From contig JBHIAE010000011.1 in the NCBI GenBank assembly GCA_046758445.1, forward strand, positions 1 to 64,000: a stretch of 64,000 nt of DNA, in the 5' to 3' direction. Under the pieces are notes generated by a model. It saw only the letters and a program-made list of their open reading frames with translations. It did no database searches and was not told the DNA's origin. Below, in pieces: positions 1 to 9,144 of this stretch. The position numbers and the translations under genes were made by a program. The DNA comes from Candidatus Thorarchaeota archaeon (GTDB lineage: Archaea; Asgardarchaeota; Thorarchaeia; Thorarchaeales; Thorarchaeaceae). The stretch's first letter is position 1. Each line of letters opens with the position of its first letter.

Positions 1-393
1 AAGCGCAGATTCGACGGGACCACTGTAACTTGGATTGACCATACCAAGGATCACATAGCACTTCGAGAGTTTGAGGCACTGAAGGCACAGTTTGAAGAGG
101 CAAACAACGAACGCATTGAACTACAGCTTCAGGTTGTGCAATACAAGGAGCAACTTCGCATTGCGAAGACTAGACTCAAACGTGACGCAAAGGCAATCGA
201 GGCCGCAGACAAGACGGAGTTCGACACACCTCAGATTCGCGTGAGAGCTCTATCAAGCTCCGGCATCAAACGAGTTCGCAATTCTGGAATAGAAGTTGTC
301 ATTGAAACCAATGAGCCCGGAATGGTCGTTGACCCGACTGTCATAGAACCTGATGACAATGAGGTTCTATTGAGGAATCTCCAGCGGCTCTAG
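1..393 (+). CDS. Hypothetical protein with coiled-coil segment, 5'-truncated by the window edge
   Basis: Frame +1 is open from base 1 (KRRFDGTTVTWIDH...) to TAG at 391-393. Heptad-like stretch LREFEALKAQFEEANNERIELQLQV. Confidence 0.7.
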   Translation, partial: KRRFDGTTVTWIDHTKDHIALREFEALKAQFEEANNERIELQLQVVQYKEQLRIAKTRLKRDAKAIEAADKTEFDTPQIRVRALSSSGIKRVRNSGIEVVIETNEPGMVVDPTVIEPDDNEVLLRNLQRL

Positions 394-395
394 GT

Positions 396-779
396 CTATG
401 ATGCCAAGATTCGAATCTCTACCCTACTACCACGTCTTATCTTTCGAAGCATATCTAGCGTTTCTTCATCTGATGTGATCCGGCCCAGAACCGTGACCGG
501 GCTGAAGGTGGTCATGTCATCCAAATAGACACACAAATTGTCGCCAAGCGGCATATAGGCGATGTCTCCACGTGCCACTTCTTTCGTAGGCTTGATATTC
601 CCTTTTCCAATTCCGAGAGTGATCTGCATCTCAGCCCTCATCAGGGCAGCCCTCCCTTCGATCGGGAGTTTCGACTTCATTTCCTCTATGATTAGTGGCG
701 CTCGAACTCTCTCAAGCACAGCATTGAGCAGTGTGCCTCCTTCAAACTCCAGCTCAATGGGTAAGTCGATTTCACTCAT
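396..779 (-). CDS. Cyclophilin-like fold protein (TM1367/DUF369-like)
   Basis: KLPIEG...TKEVARGDIAYMPLGDNLCVY...SPVTVLGRI pattern typical of archaeal cyclophilin-like proteins. ATG start at 779 preferred. Confidence 0.75.
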   Translation of the reverse strand: MSEIDLPIELEFEGGTLLNAVLERVRAPLIIEEMKSKLPIEGRAALMRAEMQITLGIGKGNIKPTKEVARGDIAYMPLGDNLCVYLDDMTTFSPVTVLGRITSDEETLDMLRKIRRGSRVEIRILAS

Positions 780-872
780 CGCGCACACGACTTCATGCTG
801 GAACCAAGCCCCTAAAATCTCCTACGAATAGATTCCCAGCAAAAGCTTAATTGTAGCAGAAACACTGCTCAC

Positions 873-2015
873 TTGGAGTGGATTGGGCTGTACAGACCCA
901 AACTAGACGTTGCATTCATTGTCGACACGACTGGCTCAATGAAGGACGACATTCGGGCAGTGAAAGATAGCCTCTTCGACATCGTTGAGAAGGTCGTTAC
1001 ACGTACCAAGGGACTGAGTATCAGGTTCGGGATAGTTTCCTATAGGGACCATCCCCCTCAAGACAGGACCTACGTAACGAGAATCTTCGACTTCACAAGT
1101 AGAATAAAGAGCGTTCACAAGGAGATATCAAAGCTCAAGCCTTCAGAAGGTGGGGACACACCAGAGGCCGTGGCTGATGGTCTCCATGATGCGAGGACGC
1201 GACTCTCCTGGGACCCAGACGCATACAAGGTGCTCTTGCTAGTCGGTGACGCTCCCCCGCATGGTCGAGAGTACAACCAACTTGCTGATGACTACTTCCC
1301 TGACGGCTGCCCGAAGGGTCACGATCCAAGGAACGAAGTGCGGGAGCTCAAGAGGACATACGAAGCCACAATGTTCATATTCGTGTGCGGCTGCAATCCC
1401 TTGGTCCGGGACTCCTTCAAGAGCATTGCAGATGCAGTAGAGGGTGGAAGGTACTATTCCTTACAGGAAGCACATGAATTGCCCAATGCAATGCTAGAGA
1501 TTCTTGAGGGCATGAGTGACCTCATTGAAGCCGACCGAAAGGTCCTCTCTTACTACAAGGCAAATGACGGAGCATTTGACATTGGAGAGGCTGCTTCACA
1601 ACTCGATCTTGAGCTTCGAGAGATGAAGACTTCTCTCTCACGTCTCCTTGAACTGGGCAAGATAGCACGATGGCCAAAGGGCCGACCTCTTGAGGCATCT
1701 CAGATGGGGCTGACTGTAGTCACTAGCGAGGTTCCTGATGCTCTAGTTGCAGGTAAGCCATTCAAGTATGACGTGAGAGTCAAGAATCCGAGTTCCGCAG
1801 TGGTAGGAGTCAGAATCATTGTGACGCTGATTACAGAAGATGGTGTCTCTGAGGTTACGAATGAGCGGCACGAGATTGGCCCCGGGTCGGACCAAGTCAT
1901 CGTGATGAATCTTGTGCCTATGTCATTTGAGAAAGGAAAGGCCAGCGTCAGAGTGCAGGTTCTCTATGGGTCTAAGTCACTAGCGACAAAGATCTACAAG
2001 ACACGCCTCTACTGA
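873..2015 (+). CDS. vWA-domain protein with winged-helix and C-terminal Ig-like beta domain
   Basis: Intact MIDAS (VAFIVDTTGSM), GGDTPEAVADGL and LLVGDAPPH (vwkA-type vWA). wHTH-like DIGEAASQLDLELREMKTSLSRLLELGKI. Beta-rich tail (LVAGKPFKYDVRVKNPS). The start may be CTG at 888, after GGAGTGGA. Confidence 0.85.
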   Translation: MEWIGLYRPKLDVAFIVDTTGSMKDDIRAVKDSLFDIVEKVVTRTKGLSIRFGIVSYRDHPPQDRTYVTRIFDFTSRIKSVHKEISKLKPSEGGDTPEAVADGLHDARTRLSWDPDAYKVLLLVGDAPPHGREYNQLADDYFPDGCPKGHDPRNEVRELKRTYEATMFIFVCGCNPLVRDSFKSIADAVEGGRYYSLQEAHELPNAMLEILEGMSDLIEADRKVLSYYKANDGAFDIGEAASQLDLELREMKTSLSRLLELGKIARWPKGRPLEASQMGLTVVTSEVPDALVAGKPFKYDVRVKNPSSAVVGVRIIVTLITEDGVSEVTNERHEIGPGSDQVIVMNLVPMSFEKGKASVRVQVLYGSKSLATKIYKTRLY

Positions 2016-2029
2016 AAGGGGTATCAAGG

Positions 2030-3220
2030 TTGGAACTCGCGGCTATTCGAGGACGCAATCAGAAGGGAATCTCGTATGCACACGCAAGCGTAGACTCTTT
2101 GGCAAATCTTGTTGCTTCGTTGAAATACGGAGGCAGAGTCGTCTATACTGATGTTCGACCGTCTGATAAGGTCCCAGTGGATTCGATTGTTGTTGATTCG
2201 CGACTGTTCGATGAGCTGGATTGCGTTGAAACAGATCTCTTAGAGATAGACGTGATACTCGAGTCCATACCTTTGTGCAGTGAGATTTTACTCGCTATTG
2301 GTTCTATAGATAGATCGGTGAATCGGAAGGTAGTTGAGGCTGTTTCTAAGAGAATTGATGACTTCGAAGAACACCTTCACGGACTAATCTTGACTGCCGG
2401 GCAGACAATCAAGATTCCTGGGCTGAAGCTAAGACTTGTAGTGCAGGACCTACACCCTGTGTCGGAGGCAACTGGCGCAGCAAAGATTTCTTGGAAGCAT
2501 TTGCTCAAGGTCAAGCTCGACATAGAGCGGGAGCAGCAGTCGTGTCACAATTTGTGCGTCTTATTTGATGTGGGAGCCTCATCCAAGAAATCTGATGTTA
2601 CTCATGACGGTGAAATAGAGAGTTTCACACCTTCACGCACTGAGAGAGGCATGACTAGATTAGAAGCAGCGAGGCTTGTCATTGAAGATGTCTTGGCCAA
2701 ATCCAAGGAGTGCGATTCCTCTCTACTTGCGGCCTTGGCTTATGGAGAGAAGGTCTCCGAATTATCCATTCTGGACTCAGAGAGCGAAAGTGAAACTGGC
2801 CATCATCAATTCTCATCCAAATCCTCAGAAGCGCTTGACAATTGGCTTTCAGAGCAATTTGATGAGCACAATATGGAGCCCTCGAATCCAGCTGCTGGGC
2901 TACAAGCTGCATTGAAGGTAGCTTCTGAGCTTGCCGCCACAAACCGATTGCCAACCGTTCTCCTCTTTCTCTCTGGAGGAGCCTATTCAGAAGGCCAGAA
3001 CCCAGTCAGTGTGGTTCGAGAGCTAGCGCGGGCCGAGAATGTGACCATGGTCTGTGTGAGCCTCGGTGAGGACTCTGACATTGATTTGTTGAGAGCAATA
3101 GCCGAAGCAGCCCAGGGGAAGTTTCTCGAGATAAATGACGCTAGAAATGCTGTCCGTGTTCAAGCGGAACTATCAAAATGGGTAAGGAGTGTAGTTATTG
3201 ACAATGGACGAAGAGATTGA
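2030..3220 (+). CDS. CDC48/VAT N-domain-like + degenerate vWA protein
   Basis: N-half resembles the double-psi barrel plus CDC48_2 domain (VPVDSIVVDSRL, LHGLILTAGQTIKIP). vWA with altered MIDAS (VLFDVGASS), SNPAAGL, LFLSGG, LLRAIAEAAQGKF. Confidence 0.7.
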   Translation: MELAAIRGRNQKGISYAHASVDSLANLVASLKYGGRVVYTDVRPSDKVPVDSIVVDSRLFDELDCVETDLLEIDVILESIPLCSEILLAIGSIDRSVNRKVVEAVSKRIDDFEEHLHGLILTAGQTIKIPGLKLRLVVQDLHPVSEATGAAKISWKHLLKVKLDIEREQQSCHNLCVLFDVGASSKKSDVTHDGEIESFTPSRTERGMTRLEAARLVIEDVLAKSKECDSSLLAALAYGEKVSELSILDSESESETGHHQFSSKSSEALDNWLSEQFDEHNMEPSNPAAGLQAALKVASELAATNRLPTVLLFLSGGAYSEGQNPVSVVRELARAENVTMVCVSLGEDSDIDLLRAIAEAAQGKFLEINDARNAVRVQAELSKWVRSVVIDNGRRD

Positions 3221-4466
3221 AACTAGACTCCAAGCGTTACGGAAGAGTGGCGAGATAGTCGGATATCTTTGTTCAAGGCTCCCGGACACTGGTCTTCAAT
3301 CAGGGTGGATTGAGCGAGGATTGACCGCTAAAGGTCTCAAGGGCACACTCAAATCCAAGACAAACCAAGAGAGATATCTCGCTCCAACAGACCAATCCGT
3401 CCGGCTTATGTCTGACAGAGCCATGGATGCACCAAGAAGATATGGCCTGGTTGTCCTAGGAGAGAGAGGGCTGACTAAGAGTAAGTTCTCAGTATTCCTC
3501 AGTGACCAGAAGGGTTCACCTTCAGGTGGGAAGCACGTTGCTGCCTTTTGGTTTCAGGAGTATACTCCACATGACATCGTTCGCTTTGTGATTAGATATG
3601 GTCTAGGAGAGAGTCTTTCAGCCGAGTTTGATGAGCCAAATCTAGATTACGTCGAGCAGCTCAAGACCGACTTCTCCGACAAGAAAGTTCGCGAAGGTAT
3701 CTGCCTGCAGATTCCAAAAGACAAGTTCGACCCTGCGAATTGGGTCAAGAAATCGATGAGAAGAACGGACGACACGGAAGGAGAGGTCCTATTTCGCTCC
3801 GATAAACTTAAGCAGATTCCAGCGTTTGCACTACTCTACAGCAGATGGCTTCAAGACTTGAATCTGTTTCAGAGTATGAAACAAGCAGTATCATGCTGCC
3901 TATTCGTTAGAGAAGAAGAAACTGAGGTGGCAATCTGGGACTTGCCTAGGCGAATTGCCACTTTTGCTGTCTTTTCCTCTGAACCTCTTGAAGAAATCAC
4001 TCGAAAGTATCTTCTCCCTGCATGGCTTGCTAAAGGGCAAAGAATCGAGCCTCCGACGCGTACTAGAGAGGTTGTTGTCGGTCTTCCTGATAGCGACACT
4101 GCGGAGGACGCACCATCACGAGAGTCAGTTAGGACTGAAACCGAAACCACTGTACCAGTAAGAATCGAAGCGTCAGCGATAGGCGATCTAGCTTCTCAAA
4201 TTGAGAGCCTTGAGAAGCGTCTCGATAAGGTGCCCGTAGAACAGCTTCTTGGAAGACTGGAATCAACTGAAGCTCGAGCGCGCAAGTTGGTAGAAGCATT
4301 TAGCGAGCTGCAGAGGACTAGAACGTCTGCCGTGTCTCACGAACCCAGAAACAAGGCGACCCAAGAACATGCACAGAAGAGCCTCAAGGAGATTTTAAAC
4401 CGTCTTGAGGAGCTGGGATCCAAACTGGAGGAGATTGAGAAACGAGCTTCAAGGGTTCTGAAATAG
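3198..4466 (+). CDS. Hypothetical protein with globular N-terminus and C-terminal coiled coil
   Basis: 422 aa ORF overlapping the upstream gene. Heptads in IGDLASQIESLEKRL and LKEILNRLEELGSKLEEIEKR. Confidence 0.75.
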   Translation: MTMDEEIETRLQALRKSGEIVGYLCSRLPDTGLQSGWIERGLTAKGLKGTLKSKTNQERYLAPTDQSVRLMSDRAMDAPRRYGLVVLGERGLTKSKFSVFLSDQKGSPSGGKHVAAFWFQEYTPHDIVRFVIRYGLGESLSAEFDEPNLDYVEQLKTDFSDKKVREGICLQIPKDKFDPANWVKKSMRRTDDTEGEVLFRSDKLKQIPAFALLYSRWLQDLNLFQSMKQAVSCCLFVREEETEVAIWDLPRRIATFAVFSSEPLEEITRKYLLPAWLAKGQRIEPPTRTREVVVGLPDSDTAEDAPSRESVRTETETTVPVRIEASAIGDLASQIESLEKRLDKVPVEQLLGRLESTEARARKLVEAFSELQRTRTSAVSHEPRNKATQEHAQKSLKEILNRLEELGSKLEEIEKRASRVLK

Positions 4467-4484
4467 CATAGGAGTGAATCGGCG

Positions 4485-4802
4485 CTGCCAAAAGAATCGA
4501 GCAAGGACTTCGACACTAGAATGCAATCGATGGAGGATTCTATCAGAGCCATCGAGGAAGTGGGCGAAAGGCTCGACAGCATTCACGACACTCTTTTGTC
4601 TGTCGCCAAAGAACATTCTAAGCCGGTCACAGAATCTTCAGAAGAGAGCGAGGCAGCCAGCTTTCAGATCTTAATCAATCAGATTGACGCTCTCAGGAAA
4701 GTGCTTGAGCTTGTGGAGCTCGAAACTGATCTTCTAGAAGCCCGATTATCTTCCATAGAGAGCCTCCGGACTCGCCTTGGCGATTCTAATCATGTTGCGT
4801 AG
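4485..4802 (+). CDS. Small coiled-coil protein
   Basis: Heptad pattern (IDALRKVLELVELETDLLEARLSSIESL). SD GGAGTGA at 4471-4477 fits a CTG start at 4485; the first ATG is at 4521. Confidence 0.65.
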   Translation: MPKESSKDFDTRMQSMEDSIRAIEEVGERLDSIHDTLLSVAKEHSKPVTESSEESEAASFQILINQIDALRKVLELVELETDLLEARLSSIESLRTRLGDSNHVA

Positions 4803-7437
4803 GTAATAGGCTCTCTATTGCTTCTGCAAGGTGCCCTTCAAATTCGTCTGACGAGAATGAAGATATATTACGAAGATGGATATTGACCCCATCAAGTTGC
4901 TCTTGAAAGTCAATTCCTGCGGTTTCACCCAGTTGAAACAAGTCGATTCTATATCGTTCCTTCGAGGTCAAAGCCTGCAGAAATGGCCTAGCGGCATCAA
5001 TCTCTTCGCGTATATCACTTGTAAAGATCAAGACAAGTGTCGGCATCTGAGGTCCAAAGTCCTCAAGGAACTCCGCAATGGACCGGAAAGCCCCTGACAC
5101 ACTCGATCTCCCACCAACCTCGCCTATGGTGTCAAGCACATAGTACATAATCGAAACCAGGACCTCTTCTGAAGTAAGCTCGCTGGAGAATCGGACACTG
5201 GTCCTAACAGCATCTCCTTTCTGAATTGAGAACTTCACGGGGGATTCAGAGTAGGTCACTATACCTAGTTCTCCGTCACTTCTGTTGGTGGCGAGATTCT
5301 GAACAGAGTGCAAGGCGGCCAATGCGGCTATCTCGATTCTCGATGACTTCCGATCAAGCCTTGCAAGGTATTCCGACAGTTCGGGCGCATCTCTGACGAA
5401 AGGCTGAAGCTTCCTTCTAGTCGACAGAAGAGTCTTCAGCTGCATGTCTCGGATACCCATGGACGCTCCTGTAGAGATGCACAATACGACATTGATCGGT
5501 CTGAACACCTGTGAGGGTTTGAACTCGATAGCTTGAGTAGGTAGTTTGGCCAGCTCTTCAGATTCTAGCGACGGTACTGAATAAGCAAGGGTCATGCTAC
5601 TCCTAGAGTTCCTTCCTCCAAACCAGAGTCTAGTACCTCTCCCTATCAATCGTCCATCTAACATTGTTCTAATCTCATCACTGTGAAGATACACATAGGC
5701 GATGAGCTCATTCATGGAGGTACCACTTTCTGAATCGAGGGCGAAGACCGCTCTCTCGACATCAGTAGTGGTGCCGTCATGCTTGACAAGATCCACAATG
5801 GATGACTCGCAAAGTCCCAATAGCAGGGCATCCTCTTCTGCTATGCCTATTGTTCTGACAGGACAGTTCTCGTCAAGAGCCGCCTTTCCAGCCCACCATT
5901 GTCCAGTGCCAGCTTCCAGAGCCAATATTGACTCATTCTCAATGACCTCAACGGCCCTCATATCAGCTTCAGACATAGCGATAATGCCACTCTCTTGTGA
6001 TACGATTTTCACCCCGAAATGTAGTGCAGATAGCAGTTCTTGCGGGTTTCGGACTTTCAAGCAATCGAGCAAAGCGTAGTTGAATCGGTTCAGGTGCGAG
6101 GGTGAATCAAGAATTGGGCCTTCAGCCCTTGTCGCAGCCCTCACGAGAGTGCTGAACAAATCGGCTCTTCTCTTAGAGATGTTGTCGGTGAAGGACTGTC
6201 TCCATCCCGAAACCCTCAACGAGCCATCTCTCTCCTTCTGTAGTGCAAGCGCGTTTGCAGAGGGGTCACGAGGATCTCTGACAGTCATGACCACATTGTC
6301 GAAGTGGACGACTCCGCCCTCCCGAGACAGCATATAGTCAAATGACTCGATGATTTGCAGTCTACGAGCCGCCAGGATCCGAAGTATCCTTGCGAACTCG
6401 TTCAGAGAAGCCCTGCCTAGAAGTCCCTCAGCAACAACTGTAGAGTTGTTCATGATGAATGGCAGATAGGGTGGCCTTGAAGGAAGTAGTGAGAGAATAT
6501 TACCTCCAAGTATGCGTTGAATATCATCAGCTTCTGCCCCGGCACCCTTACTTAGAAGGAAGCTAAGCACTTCCGATAGGCTGTCTCCGACCTGAGTTTC
6601 TGGGTAAGCGCTGGCGAAGATGAGTCTTGATGACCAAGGGGCATCCTTTGTGACTTTGCGGAGGTATCGGGTTATCAACGCTAGAGAGGATATGGTCGCT
6701 CCAGCAGTGAGAATCCTAGACCCGGGGATGTCTAGGGGCCGTGCGATGAGGTTTCCCCACTCTCTGTGATCCCTGACAGAGAAGATCAGTGTGGGGGTTT
6801 CCAGTCCCGCCTCTTTCATGAACACCAACCATTCTAACAGAGCATCCAATTCGCTTCTAGCATTCAACTCAATGAACACAGGTAGATTGGACTTGAAGTA
6901 CCAAAGGAGGTCGGCTCGATTTGAACCCGTGAGATAGGTTTCTATCTCCGACGCCGCAAGATTGCATGCCCAGCCTGCGTTTGCTCGATGACCATGTCGC
7001 ATCTCCTGCGTTTGATAGAGCCTAGAGCTGAATGGTGGATTTGCGGCCCACTCCTCAATGAGTTTGATGTTTTCTGTCTGCTGAGCAGCAGGGAGCGACG
7101 TGCTTGCTACACTAAGTAGAGGCCTCACCATGAAGGCGTCAACGAACCATTCAGTATCCAAGCTCGCATGCAAGTCTTGGTAGAGTTTGCTCATCATCGG
7201 AGGCTTCTTGAGGTACTCGTAGGCCCGACGGGGTATGAAGCCAAAGGCTTCTGGATACTTAGTGGAGTAGTCATGCAAACGGTCCTCGACCATGCCGTAG
7301 TATTCAACGGCTCTCTGTGGGTCGAACAACATAGTTTGTGAGCCTACCTGAACAGCCCCAAGCTGTAGCATGGCGTCAAGTATGAAGAAGCGCCGAATCT
7401 CGTTTGTCGTAGCGTCTTCGACAACAAGCATAGTCAT
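4786..7437 (-). CDS. Fusion protein: inactive amidohydrolase-like domain + CDC48 N-domain-like + degenerate vWA
   Basis: N-half aligns by eye to 7580-9079 (ILDAMLQLG vs IVDAHHHMG; LIFASAYP vs VLFGTDYS; QRILGGN shared). Middle is CDC48_N/CDC48_2-like (GIIAMSEADM, LDGRLIGRG). C-terminal vWA (VVLCISTGASM, LIFTSD). Confidence 0.75.
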   Translation of the reverse strand: MTMLVVEDATTNEIRRFFILDAMLQLGAVQVGSQTMLFDPQRAVEYYGMVEDRLHDYSTKYPEAFGFIPRRAYEYLKKPPMMSKLYQDLHASLDTEWFVDAFMVRPLLSVASTSLPAAQQTENIKLIEEWAANPPFSSRLYQTQEMRHGHRANAGWACNLAASEIETYLTGSNRADLLWYFKSNLPVFIELNARSELDALLEWLVFMKEAGLETPTLIFSVRDHREWGNLIARPLDIPGSRILTAGATISSLALITRYLRKVTKDAPWSSRLIFASAYPETQVGDSLSEVLSFLLSKGAGAEADDIQRILGGNILSLLPSRPPYLPFIMNNSTVVAEGLLGRASLNEFARILRILAARRLQIIESFDYMLSREGGVVHFDNVVMTVRDPRDPSANALALQKERDGSLRVSGWRQSFTDNISKRRADLFSTLVRAATRAEGPILDSPSHLNRFNYALLDCLKVRNPQELLSALHFGVKIVSQESGIIAMSEADMRAVEVIENESILALEAGTGQWWAGKAALDENCPVRTIGIAEEDALLLGLCESSIVDLVKHDGTTTDVERAVFALDSESGTSMNELIAYVYLHSDEIRTMLDGRLIGRGTRLWFGGRNSRSSMTLAYSVPSLESEELAKLPTQAIEFKPSQVFRPINVVLCISTGASMGIRDMQLKTLLSTRRKLQPFVRDAPELSEYLARLDRKSSRIEIAALAALHSVQNLATNRSDGELGIVTYSESPVKFSIQKGDAVRTSVRFSSELTSEEVLVSIMYYVLDTIGEVGGRSSVSGAFRSIAEFLEDFGPQMPTLVLIFTSDIREEIDAARPFLQALTSKERYRIDLFQLGETAGIDFQEQLDGVNIHLRNISSFSSDEFEGHLAEAIESLLPTQHD

Positions 7438-7579
7438 GTGCTTCCTGGCTCATCCTATTATCTGGTTCCGCACGAGATGTTATATGCATGATGTGGATTT
7501 CCTCTTGTTGGTGGGGTGGACTGGGGAATAGTTTATACCACGCTGGCGCCCATTCTCTGCACCCCGGAGCATAGCCTAG

Positions 7580-9079
7580 ATGTTAGTAGTACGTGCGGTC
7601 GAAGACATACCGAAGAGGGGAATCAAGAAGAACGACAAGTTCCAGCTATACATCGTTGATGCTCATCATCACATGGGACGGGAGAAGAGTCACACAAACA
7701 GTCCTTCAGGTGCCTATGACTTCTACGCGCTTCTTTGGTTTGAGCTACAGCGGATGGCGAAAGAACAGATGGAGAAAGACCTCCTCCTCTTCGAACCTCT
7801 GGAAGTAGTTCCGCCTCAGCTTCCGGCAAAGATGTTTTCAAGCAAAGAGAACTGGGCACGCATGAATCATGGTTGGCTGGTTGACAGAACGATAGCGTTC
7901 CCATTCTCAGATGACTACTCGAAGAGCGATTCACCTGATGTTCCGTCTTTTCGTGTTTCCAATGACAAGATCGCTGGATGGACAACGCGTGCCCCACATT
8001 CTTCGCGTCTAATCGGGTTTGCCAGAGTAGATCCCAAAGATGCGCTGAATGGTGCTCCCAATAGACCCGTGAAGGAAATTGAAAGAGCCGTGAAGGTACT
8101 AGGTCTTAGAGGTCTCAAATTGCACCCCTTGGCTCAGCTGTTTGTAGACGACATTGAAGCTGACTATATGAAAGACATCATGAAGAGAGCAGGCGAGTTA
8201 GGCATTCCTGTGATTATGGACACGAGAAATACTCGAACAGTTCTAAGGATTAGAGAACTAATAGAATCCATGAGAGGAGTCAAGAAGTACAGGAGCTCTT
8301 TGAGTGGGCTGGCTGTCATTCTAGCCCACTGTGGGATGAGTCCTGGAAACGCACGTCTTTATGAAGTCCTAAGAGATCCAGTGTTCTTTGGTGAGACCTC
8401 AACTCTCCACGGAAAGGACATACCGATTCTTTTTAACATGGCCAGTGAACGCATCGAGGCCCCTGGCGTTCGCTGGTCTGAGAAGGTCCTTTTCGGAACC
8501 GATTATAGCTTCCTTTCTGTTCAAGCTGCAGAGCTGATTCTGTATCTGATTTCAAGAAGCTTTGAGGGCAGTCTCACCGATGCACAGAGGATTCTTGGAG
8601 GCAATGCTCTGCTTCTTGCCCAGAGGCCCTTCAAGAGTGGGAATGGGGTAAAACGCAAACCTAAGGGCGTCATCTGTGAAGCATGCAAGCCAGAAGCGAT
8701 GAATGACCTTGAGAATACCATTCTTTCACTTCTTGGCAGGGATTGGGACGTTTCGTCTTTGGACTTCTTAATACCACCTCGCCACACCTGGCCCCGCATA
8801 CGATCTATCGAAGAAGGAGGTTACAACGGAGTTCATTTCAACTCCTATGTGTTGACTCTTCGTCGCAGTGGCAAAGAAACACATGTCTGGATAAGAGAGA
8901 TTCCCGGGGGTTTGATGAGCTGCAGTATTCTAGGGACTAAGGGAAGGTCCACTTTGGACACTGCCGAGTTCGCGTTTCAAAAGATAAGCCCGGAGTTGCG
9001 TGACATTCTGAGGAAGAATACAGTGACTGCAAGAACAACAAACGAGCTAATAGAGGGTGTCCTGCAAATCCTCACTTGA
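7580..9079 (+). CDS. Amidohydrolase family 2 (TIM-barrel metal-dependent hydrolase) with C-terminal extra domain
   Basis: VDAHHHMG, LIGFARVDP, GLRGLKLHP, ILAHCG, VLFGTDY, ILGGNA motifs. TTTATA box at ~7532. Confidence 0.9.
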   Translation: MLVVRAVEDIPKRGIKKNDKFQLYIVDAHHHMGREKSHTNSPSGAYDFYALLWFELQRMAKEQMEKDLLLFEPLEVVPPQLPAKMFSSKENWARMNHGWLVDRTIAFPFSDDYSKSDSPDVPSFRVSNDKIAGWTTRAPHSSRLIGFARVDPKDALNGAPNRPVKEIERAVKVLGLRGLKLHPLAQLFVDDIEADYMKDIMKRAGELGIPVIMDTRNTRTVLRIRELIESMRGVKKYRSSLSGLAVILAHCGMSPGNARLYEVLRDPVFFGETSTLHGKDIPILFNMASERIEAPGVRWSEKVLFGTDYSFLSVQAAELILYLISRSFEGSLTDAQRILGGNALLLAQRPFKSGNGVKRKPKGVICEACKPEAMNDLENTILSLLGRDWDVSSLDFLIPPRHTWPRIRSIEEGGYNGVHFNSYVLTLRRSGKETHVWIREIPGGLMSCSILGTKGRSTLDTAEFAFQKISPELRDILRKNTVTARTTNELIEGVLQILT

Positions 9080-9144
9080 CCCGCACAATTCTTTATAATG
9101 AATCTGGCCGACATTGAAACATCGTACATGCGGAGGTAACAGCC

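Noticed and set aside
4464-4521. In-frame TAG between 3198-4466 and the next coiled-coil ORF (possible pyrrolysine readthrough)
   Set aside because: The SD GGAGTGA directly after the stop and a well-spaced CTG explain an independent start. No pyl genes or Pyl-enzyme context are in the window.
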